Part shown: one piece after another, positions 9,277 to 18,485 of the stretch
Numbering within the stretch: the stretch's first letter is position 1
Layout of the letters: the number at the start of each line of letters is the position of its first letter
Assembly: GCA_026707585.1 (NCBI GenBank)
Contig: JAPOWQ010000025.1
Span: 120,398 to 184,397 of the forward strand
Source: Chloroflexota bacterium
GTDB lineage: Bacteria; Chloroflexota; UBA11872
Reading direction: 5' to 3'
DNA length: 64,000 bases
The notes under the pieces: generated by a model
Told to the model about the DNA's origin: nothing
The model's database searches: none
What the model saw: the letters and a program-made list of their open reading frames with translations, nothing else
Position numbers and translations under genes: made by a program

Positions 9277-10248
9277 TCAGGACTCGCCGCTGCCCTCGTC
9301 GACCAGGCGCAACTCGGTCGACTCCATCAGCGAGCGCACCAGCGCATCCGACGTCACCCCGCGCAGCGAGTGCTCGGCCGAGACCAGCACGCGGTGGGCC
9401 AGGATTGAGGGCGCCAGTTCCTTCACGTCATCCGGCAGCGCGTAGCTGCGCCCCCGAATTGCGGCCAGGGCCTGCGCGGCCCGATGCAACGCCAGCGAGC
9501 CGCGCGGGCTGGCCCCCAACGCCACTTCGGGCCTGTCGCGCGTAGCCCGCACCAGCCGCAGCAGGTATTCGATCACCGTGTCGTCCACGTGTACGTCGCC
9601 CACGTCGCGCTGCAAGTCGGCCAGCGTCCTGAGATCGGAAACCTGCCGCAGGTCATCAATCGGATGCCCGTGGCGTTGCCCGTCCAGCACGTTTCGCTCG
9701 TCGTCGAAGGTCGGATAGCCCAGCGACATCCGCATCATGAAACGGTCAAGCTGCGCTTCCGGCAGCGGAAACGTGCCCTCGAACTCCACCGGATTCTGCG
9801 TCGCCAGCACGATGAAGGGCGTCGGCAGCGGACGGGTCACGCCGTCCGCACTCACCTGCGTTTCGCTCATCGCCTCCAGCAACGCCGACTGCGTGCGTGG
9901 CGTCGCCCTGTTGATCTCGTCGGCCAGCAGCACATTCGCGAACACCGGTCCGGCCCGAAACTCGAACTCGCCGGACCTCTGGTTGTAGACCGATACCCCC
10001 GTCACGTCGTTCGGCAGCAGGTCCGGCGTGAATTGGATGCGCCGGAACTCACCGCCGAGCGAGATGGCAATCGACCGGGCCATCATGGTCTTCCCGGTAC
10101 CCGGCACGTCGTCCAGCAGCACGTGGCCGCGACACAGCAGCGCCACCAGGATGCGCTCGATCTCGGCTTCCTTGCCCAGAATGACCTTGCCGACATTCGC
10201 GCTCAGGGTCTGCCGCAATTCGGCAAATGGGGCCGGGTCAATGGCCAC
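9277..10248 (-). CDS. MoxR-family AAA+ ATPase
   Basis: [50 protein letters not shown]. Confidence 0.96.
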   Translation of the reverse strand: MAIDPAPFAELRQTLSANVGKVILGKEAEIERILVALLCRGHVLLDDVPGTGKTMMARSIAISLGGEFRRIQFTPDLLPNDVTGVSVYNQRSGEFEFRAGPVFANVLLADEINRATPRTQSALLEAMSETQVSADGVTRPLPTPFIVLATQNPVEFEGTFPLPEAQLDRFMMRMSLGYPTFDDERNVLDGQRHGHPIDDLRQVSDLRTLADLQRDVGDVHVDDTVIEYLLRLVRATRDRPEVALGASPRGSLALHRAAQALAAIRGRSYALPDDVKELAPSILAHRVLVSAEHSLRGVTSDALVRSLMESTELRLVDEGSGES

Positions 10249-10266
10249 GCCGGGCCTCCGTTCTAC

Positions 10267-11532
10267 CTATTGATCGGGACGGCGCCCCAATCTAATCCGA
10301 GTTTCCTGCGGCTGATTGGCGCCGCCCGGTCGGATATACCGAACGACGACCTCATCACCCGGTCCGTACTGTGCCAGAACGCGGCTCAGAGCGCCCGCAT
10401 CGGGCACCGCGTCATCGCTAATCTCAAGGAGTATGTCCCGCACGCGAAGTCCGGCCTGGTCGGCGGGACTGTCTGCCGTGACCTGCACAACGATGATCCC
10501 CTGGCTGACCGGAAGCTCGAGCTGCCGCGCGAGGCTGCGTGTGATTGTGGCCGGCCCAATGCCCAGGAAGCCCCGCACCACCTGACCGCTCTCGATGAGC
10601 TCGGCGATGACTGGTCGCGCGCCGTCCATGGCAATCGCAAATCCAATGCCGGACGCGGAACCCGCACCCGCGGAATTCACCCCAACCACTTCGCCGTAAA
10701 GGTTCAGCAGCGGGCCGCCGCTGTTGCCGGGGTTAATCGACGCATCGGTCTGGATCAGGTCGCTCAGCGTCAGCTGTTGGGGACCGACATTGGTAATGGC
10801 GCGGTCAACCGCGCTGACGACGCCAACCGTCACGGTGGGGCCTCCGGGCAAGTCCAGCGCATGCCCGATCGCCACCACGGACTCGCCGATCTGCAAGTCG
10901 GCCGACCGCCCGAGCACAACCGGCGGCAAATCCGTCGCATCGACCCGTAGCACGGCCAGGTCGGTCTGGGGATCTCGGCCAACGACCGTCGCGTCGTACA
11001 AGGCCCCGGCATCGGTCGTGACGACAGTCTGTTGCGCATTGGCGACCACGTGATTGTTTGTGACGATCAGGCCTTCGGCATCGATCACGAATCCGGTACC
11101 AACGCCTCCGGCCGGCATGGTGCGCCCGCTGTTGTCGCGAGTTACCGATTCCGTGGCGATGTGCACAACGGACGGGCGGACAATCCGAACGAGCTCCGGG
11201 ACGCTGAGTTGCGCTGATTCGCCGGATCTGCCGGACGTTGCGGCAGGCGGCCTTGAATCGGTCGCGAAGCTCGGGACCGGCGCCGAAGCCCGATCCGGCA
11301 GAGCCCTGAGAGCTTCAGCGTTTGCGGGAAGCCTGCCGCTCGACGTGGCGCCAACCCGATCGGTCGCCTTTGGTCTGGCTCCAAGCTGCGAAACCGGCTC
11401 CGACGCAAACGAGGTCCCCGAATTGCCATCCATCGCCTGGCACGCCGCCAATACCGCGAGCAACGTGACCGTTGCCACCACGCGGCAAAGCAATCGCGTA
11501 AGTAGTCGCGCCCACCAAGTGCGTCCGTCCAT
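10267..11532 (-). CDS. HtrA/DegP-family serine protease with PDZ domain, probable lipoprotein
   Basis: TNNHV, DLAVL, IQTDASINPGNSGGPL and a PDZ domain; LAAC lipobox. Start placed at ATG 11532 because the longer track ORF overlaps the divergent genes. Confidence 0.9.
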   Translation of the reverse strand: MDGRTWWARLLTRLLCRVVATVTLLAVLAACQAMDGNSGTSFASEPVSQLGARPKATDRVGATSSGRLPANAEALRALPDRASAPVPSFATDSRPPAATSGRSGESAQLSVPELVRIVRPSVVHIATESVTRDNSGRTMPAGGVGTGFVIDAEGLIVTNNHVVANAQQTVVTTDAGALYDATVVGRDPQTDLAVLRVDATDLPPVVLGRSADLQIGESVVAIGHALDLPGGPTVTVGVVSAVDRAITNVGPQQLTLSDLIQTDASINPGNSGGPLLNLYGEVVGVNSAGAGSASGIGFAIAMDGARPVIAELIESGQVVRGFLGIGPATITRSLARQLELPVSQGIIVVQVTADSPADQAGLRVRDILLEISDDAVPDAGALSRVLAQYGPGDEVVVRYIRPGGANQPQETRIRLGRRPDQ

Positions 11533-11598
11533 ATCTTCAACGTGACCTGCAGCAGGTACGATTTCAGCGAGAACGACCACCGTTCTCACCAAACGTTC

Positions 11599-11898
11599 AT
11601 GCACGTGACCCCAAGCGATCCCGAGGAGTTTCTCCAGCCGGGCGCCATTACACTGCCGAAAGGCGACTGGTACGTGGAGCCGCCGGTGGACGGTGACTAC
11701 GACGTCAGCGCCCAGACGGACGGTGCGCGCGGTCAGTACATCAGCATGACCTATCCCGAGGGATTCCAGGCCTGCGTCCACATCGATGACCTGGGCGTCC
11801 TGCGCTGCCAGCTCTACCGCTACAACGGCGCCTGGCCCTGCGACGTCGACTACGCCAACCTGCGCATCCACTTCCGCGGCGTCACGGGCTCCGCATGA
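11599..11898 (+). CDS. Hypothetical protein translationally coupled to nadC
   Basis: Coding-like codon usage; ATGA overlap with nadC; start could be 11542. Confidence 0.65.
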   Translation: MHVTPSDPEEFLQPGAITLPKGDWYVEPPVDGDYDVSAQTDGARGQYISMTYPEGFQACVHIDDLGVLRCQLYRYNGAWPCDVDYANLRIHFRGVTGSA

Positions 11899-12749
11899 AG
11901 CCCCCCGCGCCACCCCACGAGGCCATCGCCCAGGTCGTCGCCCTCGCCCTGGCTGAGGACATTGGCTCTGGCGACCTCACCAGCCAGTCCGTGGTCCCCG
12001 AGCACGCACGCTTCCGCGCCGCCCTCACCGCCCGCGAACCGCTCACGCTGGCCGGCCTGCCGGTCGTACACGAGGTCTACCGGCAACTCGGCGACTCCGA
12101 GGCCCTCGACGACGCCAGCCCGGAAGGTGCGCAACTTCAGCCCGACGAGGTCGCCGGATTCATCGATACCGACGCTCGCCTGGCCCTCACCGGCGAACGC
12201 ACCGCCCTCAACTTCCTCCAGCGCCTCAGCGGCATCGCCACGCTCACCCGCACGTTCGTGGACGAGATCGCCGGAACCGGCGCCAGCATCCTCGACACCC
12301 GCAAGACCGTCCCTGGCCTCCGCGCCTTGGACAAATACGCCGTCGCCATGGGCGGCGGCGTCAACCACCGTTTCGGCCTCTTTGACGCCGTTCTCATCAA
12401 AGACAACCATGTCGCCGCGGCCGGCGGAGTAACCGCCGCCCTGCGCGCCGCACACGCGGCCAACCGGAACGGCGTTCGCGTTCAGATTGAGGTGGATACG
12501 CTGGCCCAGCTCGACGAAGCCCTGGCCGCCGGCGTGGAATTCGTCCTGCTGGACAACATGACGCCGGCCCAGGTTCAGACCGCCGTGACTCGGGCCGCCG
12601 GGCGCGCCCGCCTGGAGGTTAGCGGCCTCGTCAACCTCGGCAACGTGCGGGCCTACGCCGAAACAGGCGTCGACGACATCTCCGTCGGTTCGCTCACCCA
12701 CTCGGCCCGCGCCGTTGATATCGGTCTGGACGCCACGGAGTTGCTCTGA
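11895..12749 (+). CDS. nadC: Quinolinate phosphoribosyltransferase
   Basis: ALAEDIG.GDLT, ERTALNFLQRLSGIAT, DTRKTVPG, HRFGL.D.VLIKDNH, LLDNM. Confidence 0.97.
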   Translation: MKPPAPPHEAIAQVVALALAEDIGSGDLTSQSVVPEHARFRAALTAREPLTLAGLPVVHEVYRQLGDSEALDDASPEGAQLQPDEVAGFIDTDARLALTGERTALNFLQRLSGIATLTRTFVDEIAGTGASILDTRKTVPGLRALDKYAVAMGGGVNHRFGLFDAVLIKDNHVAAAGGVTAALRAAHAANRNGVRVQIEVDTLAQLDEALAAGVEFVLLDNMTPAQVQTAVTRAAGRARLEVSGLVNLGNVRAYAETGVDDISVGSLTHSARAVDIGLDATELL

Positions 12750-12783
12750 CCGTCCATCCCAATCGGTCGGCGCAACCTCCGGC

Positions 12784-13395
12784 TCAGCCGGCGAACAACG
12801 GCGCCGTCCGCGGCCACGAGCGTTCGTGGGCCAGCAGCCGCCGCTTCACGTCCAGGCCCCGCGAATAGCCCCCCAGCCCGCGAGCGGCCACGACCCGGTG
12901 GCAGGGAATGAACACCAGCAACGCATTCGCCCCAATCGCCGTGCCCACGGCCCGCGTCGCTCGAGGCTGCTCGAGCGCGCTGGCAACCCAGCTATAGCTC
13001 TGAACTTCGCCAAACGGGATGCCGCGCAGAATGTCCCAGGTTCGCTGTTGAAAGTCAGTACCGGCGCGACGGTCCAATGGAATCGCCAGGCGCTGCCGCC
13101 CGGTCAGCAAGTACTCCCACAGCTGTTCCAGCCCATTGCCGGCCATCTGGTGGGCGCTCCAGCCGGAAGCGGCGCTCGACGGCTCACCGAGGCGTCGCCT
13201 ATGCAGGCGCTGCGCCCCGCGCGATCGATTGCGCGCCGCCGTGGACGCCGCCCGCAGTGCGTCAACGCAGGCTGCCTCCGACGCGTGCGCCAGCGTGGCG
13301 CTCACCAGTCCGATTTCGGTTGCAGCCACGCCGCACCAATCCCACGGCTCCACTCGGCGGGCGACCAGGGCGACTTCCTGGATCTCCCCCGCCAT
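12784..13395 (-). CDS. ogt: Methylated-DNA--protein-cysteine methyltransferase
   Basis: GTDFQ, IPFGEVQSY, RAVGTA, IPCHRVV active site. Confidence 0.88.
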   Translation of the reverse strand: MAGEIQEVALVARRVEPWDWCGVAATEIGLVSATLAHASEAACVDALRAASTAARNRSRGAQRLHRRRLGEPSSAASGWSAHQMAGNGLEQLWEYLLTGRQRLAIPLDRRAGTDFQQRTWDILRGIPFGEVQSYSWVASALEQPRATRAVGTAIGANALLVFIPCHRVVAARGLGGYSRGLDVKRRLLAHERSWPRTAPLFAG

Positions 13396-13398
13396 CGG

Positions 13399-14346
13399 TC
13401 AGGCGGCTGACGCGCCCGGCACCGGAACGTAGTCCAGGATTCCCGCCACGATGGCCCGCGTGTCCACGCTGCGAATACGTGCGGCCGGACTCACGATGAC
13501 CCGGTGCGACAGCACCGACTCCGCCAGCCGTTTCACGTCGTCCGGTACCACGTAGTCGCGTCCCGCAACGGCCGCCATCGCCTGGCCGGCGCGAAACAGG
13601 CCCAGGCTCCCGCGCGGACTGGCGCCCAGGTACACGTCGTTATGCTCCCGCGTCGCGCGGCTGATATCCACGATATAGCTCGACACCAGCGGATCCACGT
13701 ACACGTCTTTCACCGCTTCCTGCGCGGCAAACACTTCCTCCAGCGTCACCACCTGCTGGATGTCGTCGATCGGCCGTTCCCGTTGCTGCGTGGCCAGCAC
13801 CTGCAACTCATCCCCTCGATCGGGATAGCCCAGGTTCACCCGCATCAGGAACCGGTCCAACTGCGCCTCCGGCAATGGAAACGTGCCTTCGTACTCGATC
13901 GGGTTCTGGGTCGCCAGCACCAAAAACGGCTCCGGCAGCGCATACGTCACGCCGTCCACCGTGATCTGGCGCTCCTCCATCGCTTCCAGCAGCGCCGACT
14001 GCGTTTTGGGCGTCGCCCGGTTGACCTCGTCCGCCAGCACGATCTGGGCCATCACCGGACCCTCGCGGAACTCGAACTCCCGCGTCTTCTGGTTGAAGAT
14101 CGTCACGCCGGTCACATCGCTGGGCAGTAGGTCTGGCGTGAACTGAACGCGCTTGAAGCTCAGCCCTACCGATCGCGAAATGGCCTTGGCCAGCGTGGTC
14201 TTGCCCACGCCCGGCACGTCCTCGATCAGGATGTGCCCGTCCGAAAGCAGCGCCACCGCCACCAGCTCGATGGCGTCGCGCTTGCCCACGATGACTGTGG
14301 CCACGTTGTCGATAATCCGGTTCGCGACCGTGCGAATGTCTTGCAT
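13399..14346 (-). CDS. MoxR-family AAA+ ATPase, second paralog
   Basis: [37 protein letters not shown]; start taken at MQDIRT. Confidence 0.95.
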   Translation of the reverse strand: MQDIRTVANRIIDNVATVIVGKRDAIELVAVALLSDGHILIEDVPGVGKTTLAKAISRSVGLSFKRVQFTPDLLPSDVTGVTIFNQKTREFEFREGPVMAQIVLADEVNRATPKTQSALLEAMEERQITVDGVTYALPEPFLVLATQNPIEYEGTFPLPEAQLDRFLMRVNLGYPDRGDELQVLATQQRERPIDDIQQVVTLEEVFAAQEAVKDVYVDPLVSSYIVDISRATREHNDVYLGASPRGSLGLFRAGQAMAAVAGRDYVVPDDVKRLAESVLSHRVIVSPAARIRSVDTRAIVAGILDYVPVPGASAA

Positions 14347-14503
14347 GCTGGTTCTCAGCCGAGGCCGCTGGCCCCGGGAGTGACGGTCCGGGAAGGTGCG
14401 GCAATATAGCCGACCGGCGCCGCACCGCTCTCCGACCACATCGGCGAATTGACGCCCCGCGCCAGGGCCGTCACATTAGTGACGCCGCGCGCAGCGGCGG
14501 CCG

Positions 14504-14574
14504 GCGGGGATAGTTGAGTGGTACAACATGGGCTTCCCAAGCCTAAAACGCGGGTTCGATTCCCGTTCCCCGCT
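14504..14574 (+). tRNA. tRNA-Gly (anticodon CCC); 3' CCA not encoded
   Basis: Acceptor GCGGGGA/TCCCCGC; anticodon arm TGGGC-TTCCCAA-GCCTA; T arm GCGGG-TTCGATT-CCCGT. Confidence 0.95.
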
Positions 14575-14648
14575 CCCAACCCAGGGTCGCTACCCCTCGA
14601 CCATCGATGCGACGCGGTCAGGACGCCGCGCGGCCCTCGCTCGTTCGC

Positions 14649-17060
14649 TCAGGCCCCGTCCTGAATCGTCGGCAGCACAAACTGCCGGACCGAATCCCGC
14701 CCCAGCACGATCAGCTTGCCGTCGATCTCGCTCACCCAGATCGACCGGATATCCGCAAAGAAATCGTCCGAGCCGGCATATTTGAACTGCCGCACAAACT
14801 CGCCCGCGGACTCTTCTTGCTTGGCGATTTCCACAATTCGTTTGTTGGCTGAATCGACCAGGTAGAGGCTGTCGGTGTCGACTTCGGTGAAGATGCGCGT
14901 GGCCTTCAGCGAGTCGCCGTCCAGGCCGCTGATCTCAAACGTCTCGCGCTGCCCGCCCCGCAGCCGTAACACCGACGCATCGGACAGCAGCACGAAGATG
15001 TCACCGTCAATCGCCATGTCGATGGCGCTGCTGAGATCAATGTCGGCCGTCGTCAGCACGTAGGAGCTTGGCGCGACTTCGTACCCTCCCGCCGTCGCCT
15101 GGTACTTGTGGATCGCGTTGGCGCCTGGGTCAAGCACGTAAAAGTTGTTGTTGAAGTTGTCAAACGCCACCGGCGTCCGCCACGTCTCCGTTCCCGTGAT
15201 CCGCAACAGCCGCGGATTCTGGTCGGCTTGCAGACTCACCAGGTTGTAGCGGCTGTCCAGCACCAGCACGCTCAGGGCTCGATTCACCACCGCAATCGGG
15301 TCCTGGACCGTGATACTGCTCACCACGTCACCCTTGCGCAGCACCGTGGCGCCTTGCCTGGCCGTCTCAAAGGACACGACTCGACCCGTCGTGGCGTCGA
15401 TCACGTACTTGGCGTCCACCCGCACGTCCATTTGCTCGGCCGCGCTGCCCACGCCCGCGCTGTCAAAGTCGCCGATAGTGGCGCTGGTCACCACCGTTCG
15501 GACCCGGTTGAGTCGATCCTCTTCGCGGCCAATCTGGCTGAGCAGCCGGTTGATGTCGGGCGCCAGCGTGCGCTCCACGTCCGCCGTCAGCGCCTGATTC
15601 GCCAGGTCCTTGGCGTCCCGCAGAACCAGCAACACGGCCGCCCGGTTTTCGTCGGGGTCCCGATCCAGCGCTTCGCGGTAGCGGGCTTCGGCGTCGGCGA
15701 ACAGCGTGGCGGCACGCTCCGCGTCCAGGGCCGGCGACTGCGTGCCTTCCGCGACCACGCCCGCTTGCCCTGCCGGCGCGTCGTCGGCCGCGTCCGCCTC
15801 CAGCGCTCCGGGCGCCGACTCGCTGTTGCGCAGAAACAACACGGCGGCCATCACCGTCAGTAGCACCAGCGAGACCCCGAACAGCAGCGTGCCCGGGCCT
15901 GGCAGCGATCGCCGCGGCCGGTATCGATACGCATCCTGGCCGCCCCGCAGCGGCTCGCCGACCGCGCTGAGGGCTGGTGGCGTCTGTGGCCGTGCGGCCC
16001 CGGGCCGTTCCTCTCCGCCGGGGCCCGCCGCCCGCAGCGAGCGAAGGCTCGACCAATCGTCATCCATCTCGCCCGCCCCGCCCGTGGTGGCCGCGGTCGG
16101 CGTCGGCGCGGGTGGCGGAATCGTCGGTTGCACCGGCTCCGACTGACCCGTAACCAGGCGGACCAGGCCGCGCACCGCCATTACCGGCAGCACCAGGAGC
16201 ATGAGAACCAATGTCACCGGCAGCGCCACCAGCCGCTGGACGGCGGAGCGCTGCGGACCATCGCCAGCCAGCCGCTCGCGCGGATACAGGGGCTGCTCCG
16301 GTACCGCTGAGGCCTGCGGGGGTCTCGCCAGCCCGTTCGTGGACGCGGCGGACGTCGAGGACGCCGACATCCAGCGCTCGTCGGCTGCGGGCGCCGTCAC
16401 CGCCGCGGGCGCCGCCACGCTGACGCGAAGCACCACGATGTCGCACGATACGCTGCCGCGCTGGGTAACGACCGAGCAGATGTCGTGGGCGGCACGCTGG
16501 GCGCTCCGGCCCTGCAGCAGCCCCTGGATCTCGCGGTCCGTCAGCGCCCGGCGAAACTCCGTCGACGCCAGCACCACCACGTCGTCCGGGTCCAACTCCA
16601 CCCGGAAGATCTCCACCTCTTGATCGGGCGCCGGATCGCCGAGACTCGTTGGCGGAAGCTCCGATGGCAGCGCGTTGAGGATCCCATCACGCAGCACGAA
16701 CACCTGGCTCGGCAGCAACTGGGCCAGGTACAGCTGATCGCCCGCGTGCACCGCGCCGGTTGCTCCCAGCGGCTCGCCCGGACTGGCCAGGTCCATGTCG
16801 ATCGAGGCGCTCTGGGCCGCGTGGCGCATGCTCTGTACCAGTGCGTTGGCGATCCCCTCCGACTCGTCCGCGAAGTAGCTGGTGGCCACGGCTTGGCCGA
16901 ACGAGGCCGCCTGCCGGTCGCTGCCGCCCTGGACCAGCAAATACAGGTCGCCGCGCCCGGGTCGATCCGCCGGCTCGCGCTGAGCATGGAGGCGGGGGCC
17001 GTCCTGCCGCGTCACCCCGCCGCTCAGGGCGGCCAGTCCTACGTCAACGGCGAGGGCCAT
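14649..17060 (-). CDS. Membrane protein: degenerate PP2C-like N-domain, hydrophobic segments, C-terminal beta-propeller
   Basis: PP2C-like strands (LYLLVQGG, LYLAQL..SQVFVLRDG, DDVVVLAS); propeller-like repeats (NFYVLDP, DMAIDGDIFVLLSD, SLYLVDSANKRIV). Confidence 0.7.
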   Translation of the reverse strand: MALAVDVGLAALSGGVTRQDGPRLHAQREPADRPGRGDLYLLVQGGSDRQAASFGQAVATSYFADESEGIANALVQSMRHAAQSASIDMDLASPGEPLGATGAVHAGDQLYLAQLLPSQVFVLRDGILNALPSELPPTSLGDPAPDQEVEIFRVELDPDDVVVLASTEFRRALTDREIQGLLQGRSAQRAAHDICSVVTQRGSVSCDIVVLRVSVAAPAAVTAPAADERWMSASSTSAASTNGLARPPQASAVPEQPLYPRERLAGDGPQRSAVQRLVALPVTLVLMLLVLPVMAVRGLVRLVTGQSEPVQPTIPPPAPTPTAATTGGAGEMDDDWSSLRSLRAAGPGGEERPGAARPQTPPALSAVGEPLRGGQDAYRYRPRRSLPGPGTLLFGVSLVLLTVMAAVLFLRNSESAPGALEADAADDAPAGQAGVVAEGTQSPALDAERAATLFADAEARYREALDRDPDENRAAVLLVLRDAKDLANQALTADVERTLAPDINRLLSQIGREEDRLNRVRTVVTSATIGDFDSAGVGSAAEQMDVRVDAKYVIDATTGRVVSFETARQGATVLRKGDVVSSITVQDPIAVVNRALSVLVLDSRYNLVSLQADQNPRLLRITGTETWRTPVAFDNFNNNFYVLDPGANAIHKYQATAGGYEVAPSSYVLTTADIDLSSAIDMAIDGDIFVLLSDASVLRLRGGQRETFEISGLDGDSLKATRIFTEVDTDSLYLVDSANKRIVEIAKQEESAGEFVRQFKYAGSDDFFADIRSIWVSEIDGKLIVLGRDSVRQFVLPTIQDGA

Positions 17061-17198
17061 GGATTCCGGCAAATGGTTGTCTCAAGTAGGGGGCGGCGCC
17101 GGGCTCCGCGAACTAATGGATCGAAATACATTGTCGCGCGCATACCCCTATGCTAGCGTGAATCACTCGGCCGGCTCGTTGCCGACCAGTTCTGGGAG

Positions 17199-17762
17199 TT
17201 GCCCCTGCGTTCACCATCGCCTCGCGCTGACCAGCGGCCGCGGCCCCGCGGCCCGCGAATCAATGAGCAGATTCGCATACGCCAGGTTCGCCTGATTGCC
17301 GAAAACGGCGAACAGATTGGAATCACCCCCACCCCCATAGCGTTGGAGATGGCGCGCGAGCGCGGCCTCGATTTGGTTGAGATCGCCCCGAATTCCCAGC
17401 CCCCGGTCGCCAAGATTCTCGACTACGGCAAGTTCCGCTACGAGCAGAATCGCCGCCAGGCCGAAAACAAGCGGCGCCAGAAGGCCGGCACCGTCAAGGA
17501 AGTCCGCTTCGGCCCCCGCACCGGCGACCACGACATCCAGTTCAAGATCAAGCGCCTCGAGAAATTCCTGCGCGAGGGCAACAAGGTGAAAGCCTGGGTC
17601 CGCATGCGCGGCCGCGAACTGGCCCACCCCGAAGTCGCGCTGCGCGTCCTCGAACGCGTCAAGACCAGCCTGGAACCCTACGGCGTGATCGAGCGCGACA
17701 TCACCCGCGAGCAGGACGGCCGCGTCTTGAGCATCATCATGGCCCCGCAAGGCAAGAACTAG
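17199..17762 (+). CDS. infC: Translation initiation factor IF-3
   Basis: INEQIR...VRLI, GLDLVEIAP...PPVAKILDYGKFRYE, HDIQFK, RGRE; exact start uncertain. Confidence 0.96.
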   Translation: MPLRSPSPRADQRPRPRGPRINEQIRIRQVRLIAENGEQIGITPTPIALEMARERGLDLVEIAPNSQPPVAKILDYGKFRYEQNRRQAENKRRQKAGTVKEVRFGPRTGDHDIQFKIKRLEKFLREGNKVKAWVRMRGRELAHPEVALRVLERVKTSLEPYGVIERDITREQDGRVLSIIMAPQGKN

Positions 17763-17791
17763 CGGCAGGATCCCCGCGGCCTGGAGTCGGT

Positions 17792-18418
17792 ATGCCCGCG
17801 TCGGTGCGATGGCACCCGGAAGAACAGCGCAATCCTGACGGCAGCGTGCGCCGCGTCCAGGCCGCGTGGCTGGTCGCCGAGCCTACCGCCGACGATCCCC
17901 GACCCCGCTATCTGGCCTACCTCGGCAATAGTCCCCACGTCACCCGGCAGGTCCGGGAGGAATGCCAGGTTCTGTATCCTGAGATCCAGATTGACTGGAC
18001 CGCCGTGGCGCGGGCCCTGGAACACCCCCCGCCCATCGAAGGACTTGACCTTGAGACGCTGGCGCAGCGCTGGGCGCAAATGGCCGCCAACCAGGGGCTC
18101 GACCCCCTGGAGGTCGAAGTTCGCATCGGCGGCGGCTGGAAACGCCCGCTCTCCAACCTGGCCCGGCTGCTCTCCGACTCGGCGGCCGTCGCCCGCATGG
18201 AACGCACGTCCGGCTCGATCCTGGCCTACATGCTCGAGTTTCATTCCGACTACGCCTACGCCCTCGCCAAGCTGGGCCTGCTCATGACCGGCCAGCACAC
18301 GGAACTCGAACAGTTGGAAGCCGAGGAAGCCATTGAGCTGAAGGGCGCTCCGCGCGCCCGCCAGGTCGAGTTCTGGCGAGCCTCGGCTGAGCGCATCGCA
18401 ACGTCGCTGAATACCTAG
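17792..18418 (+). CDS. Hypothetical protein
   Basis: GGAG SD, coding-like codon usage, lies between infC and aspS. Confidence 0.75.
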   Translation: MPASVRWHPEEQRNPDGSVRRVQAAWLVAEPTADDPRPRYLAYLGNSPHVTRQVREECQVLYPEIQIDWTAVARALEHPPPIEGLDLETLAQRWAQMAANQGLDPLEVEVRIGGGWKRPLSNLARLLSDSAAVARMERTSGSILAYMLEFHSDYAYALAKLGLLMTGQHTELEQLEAEEAIELKGAPRARQVEFWRASAERIATSLNT

Positions 18419-18485
18419 CCGCATTCCCGCGGCCGCATCTCCCGATCAGCCAGCACTACTCTCGTTCGTCACCCCGGAGGTCCCC

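Noticed and set aside
14504-14650. tRNA-Gly as an integration site
   Set aside because: No duplicated tRNA 3' end or integrase seen in the window.
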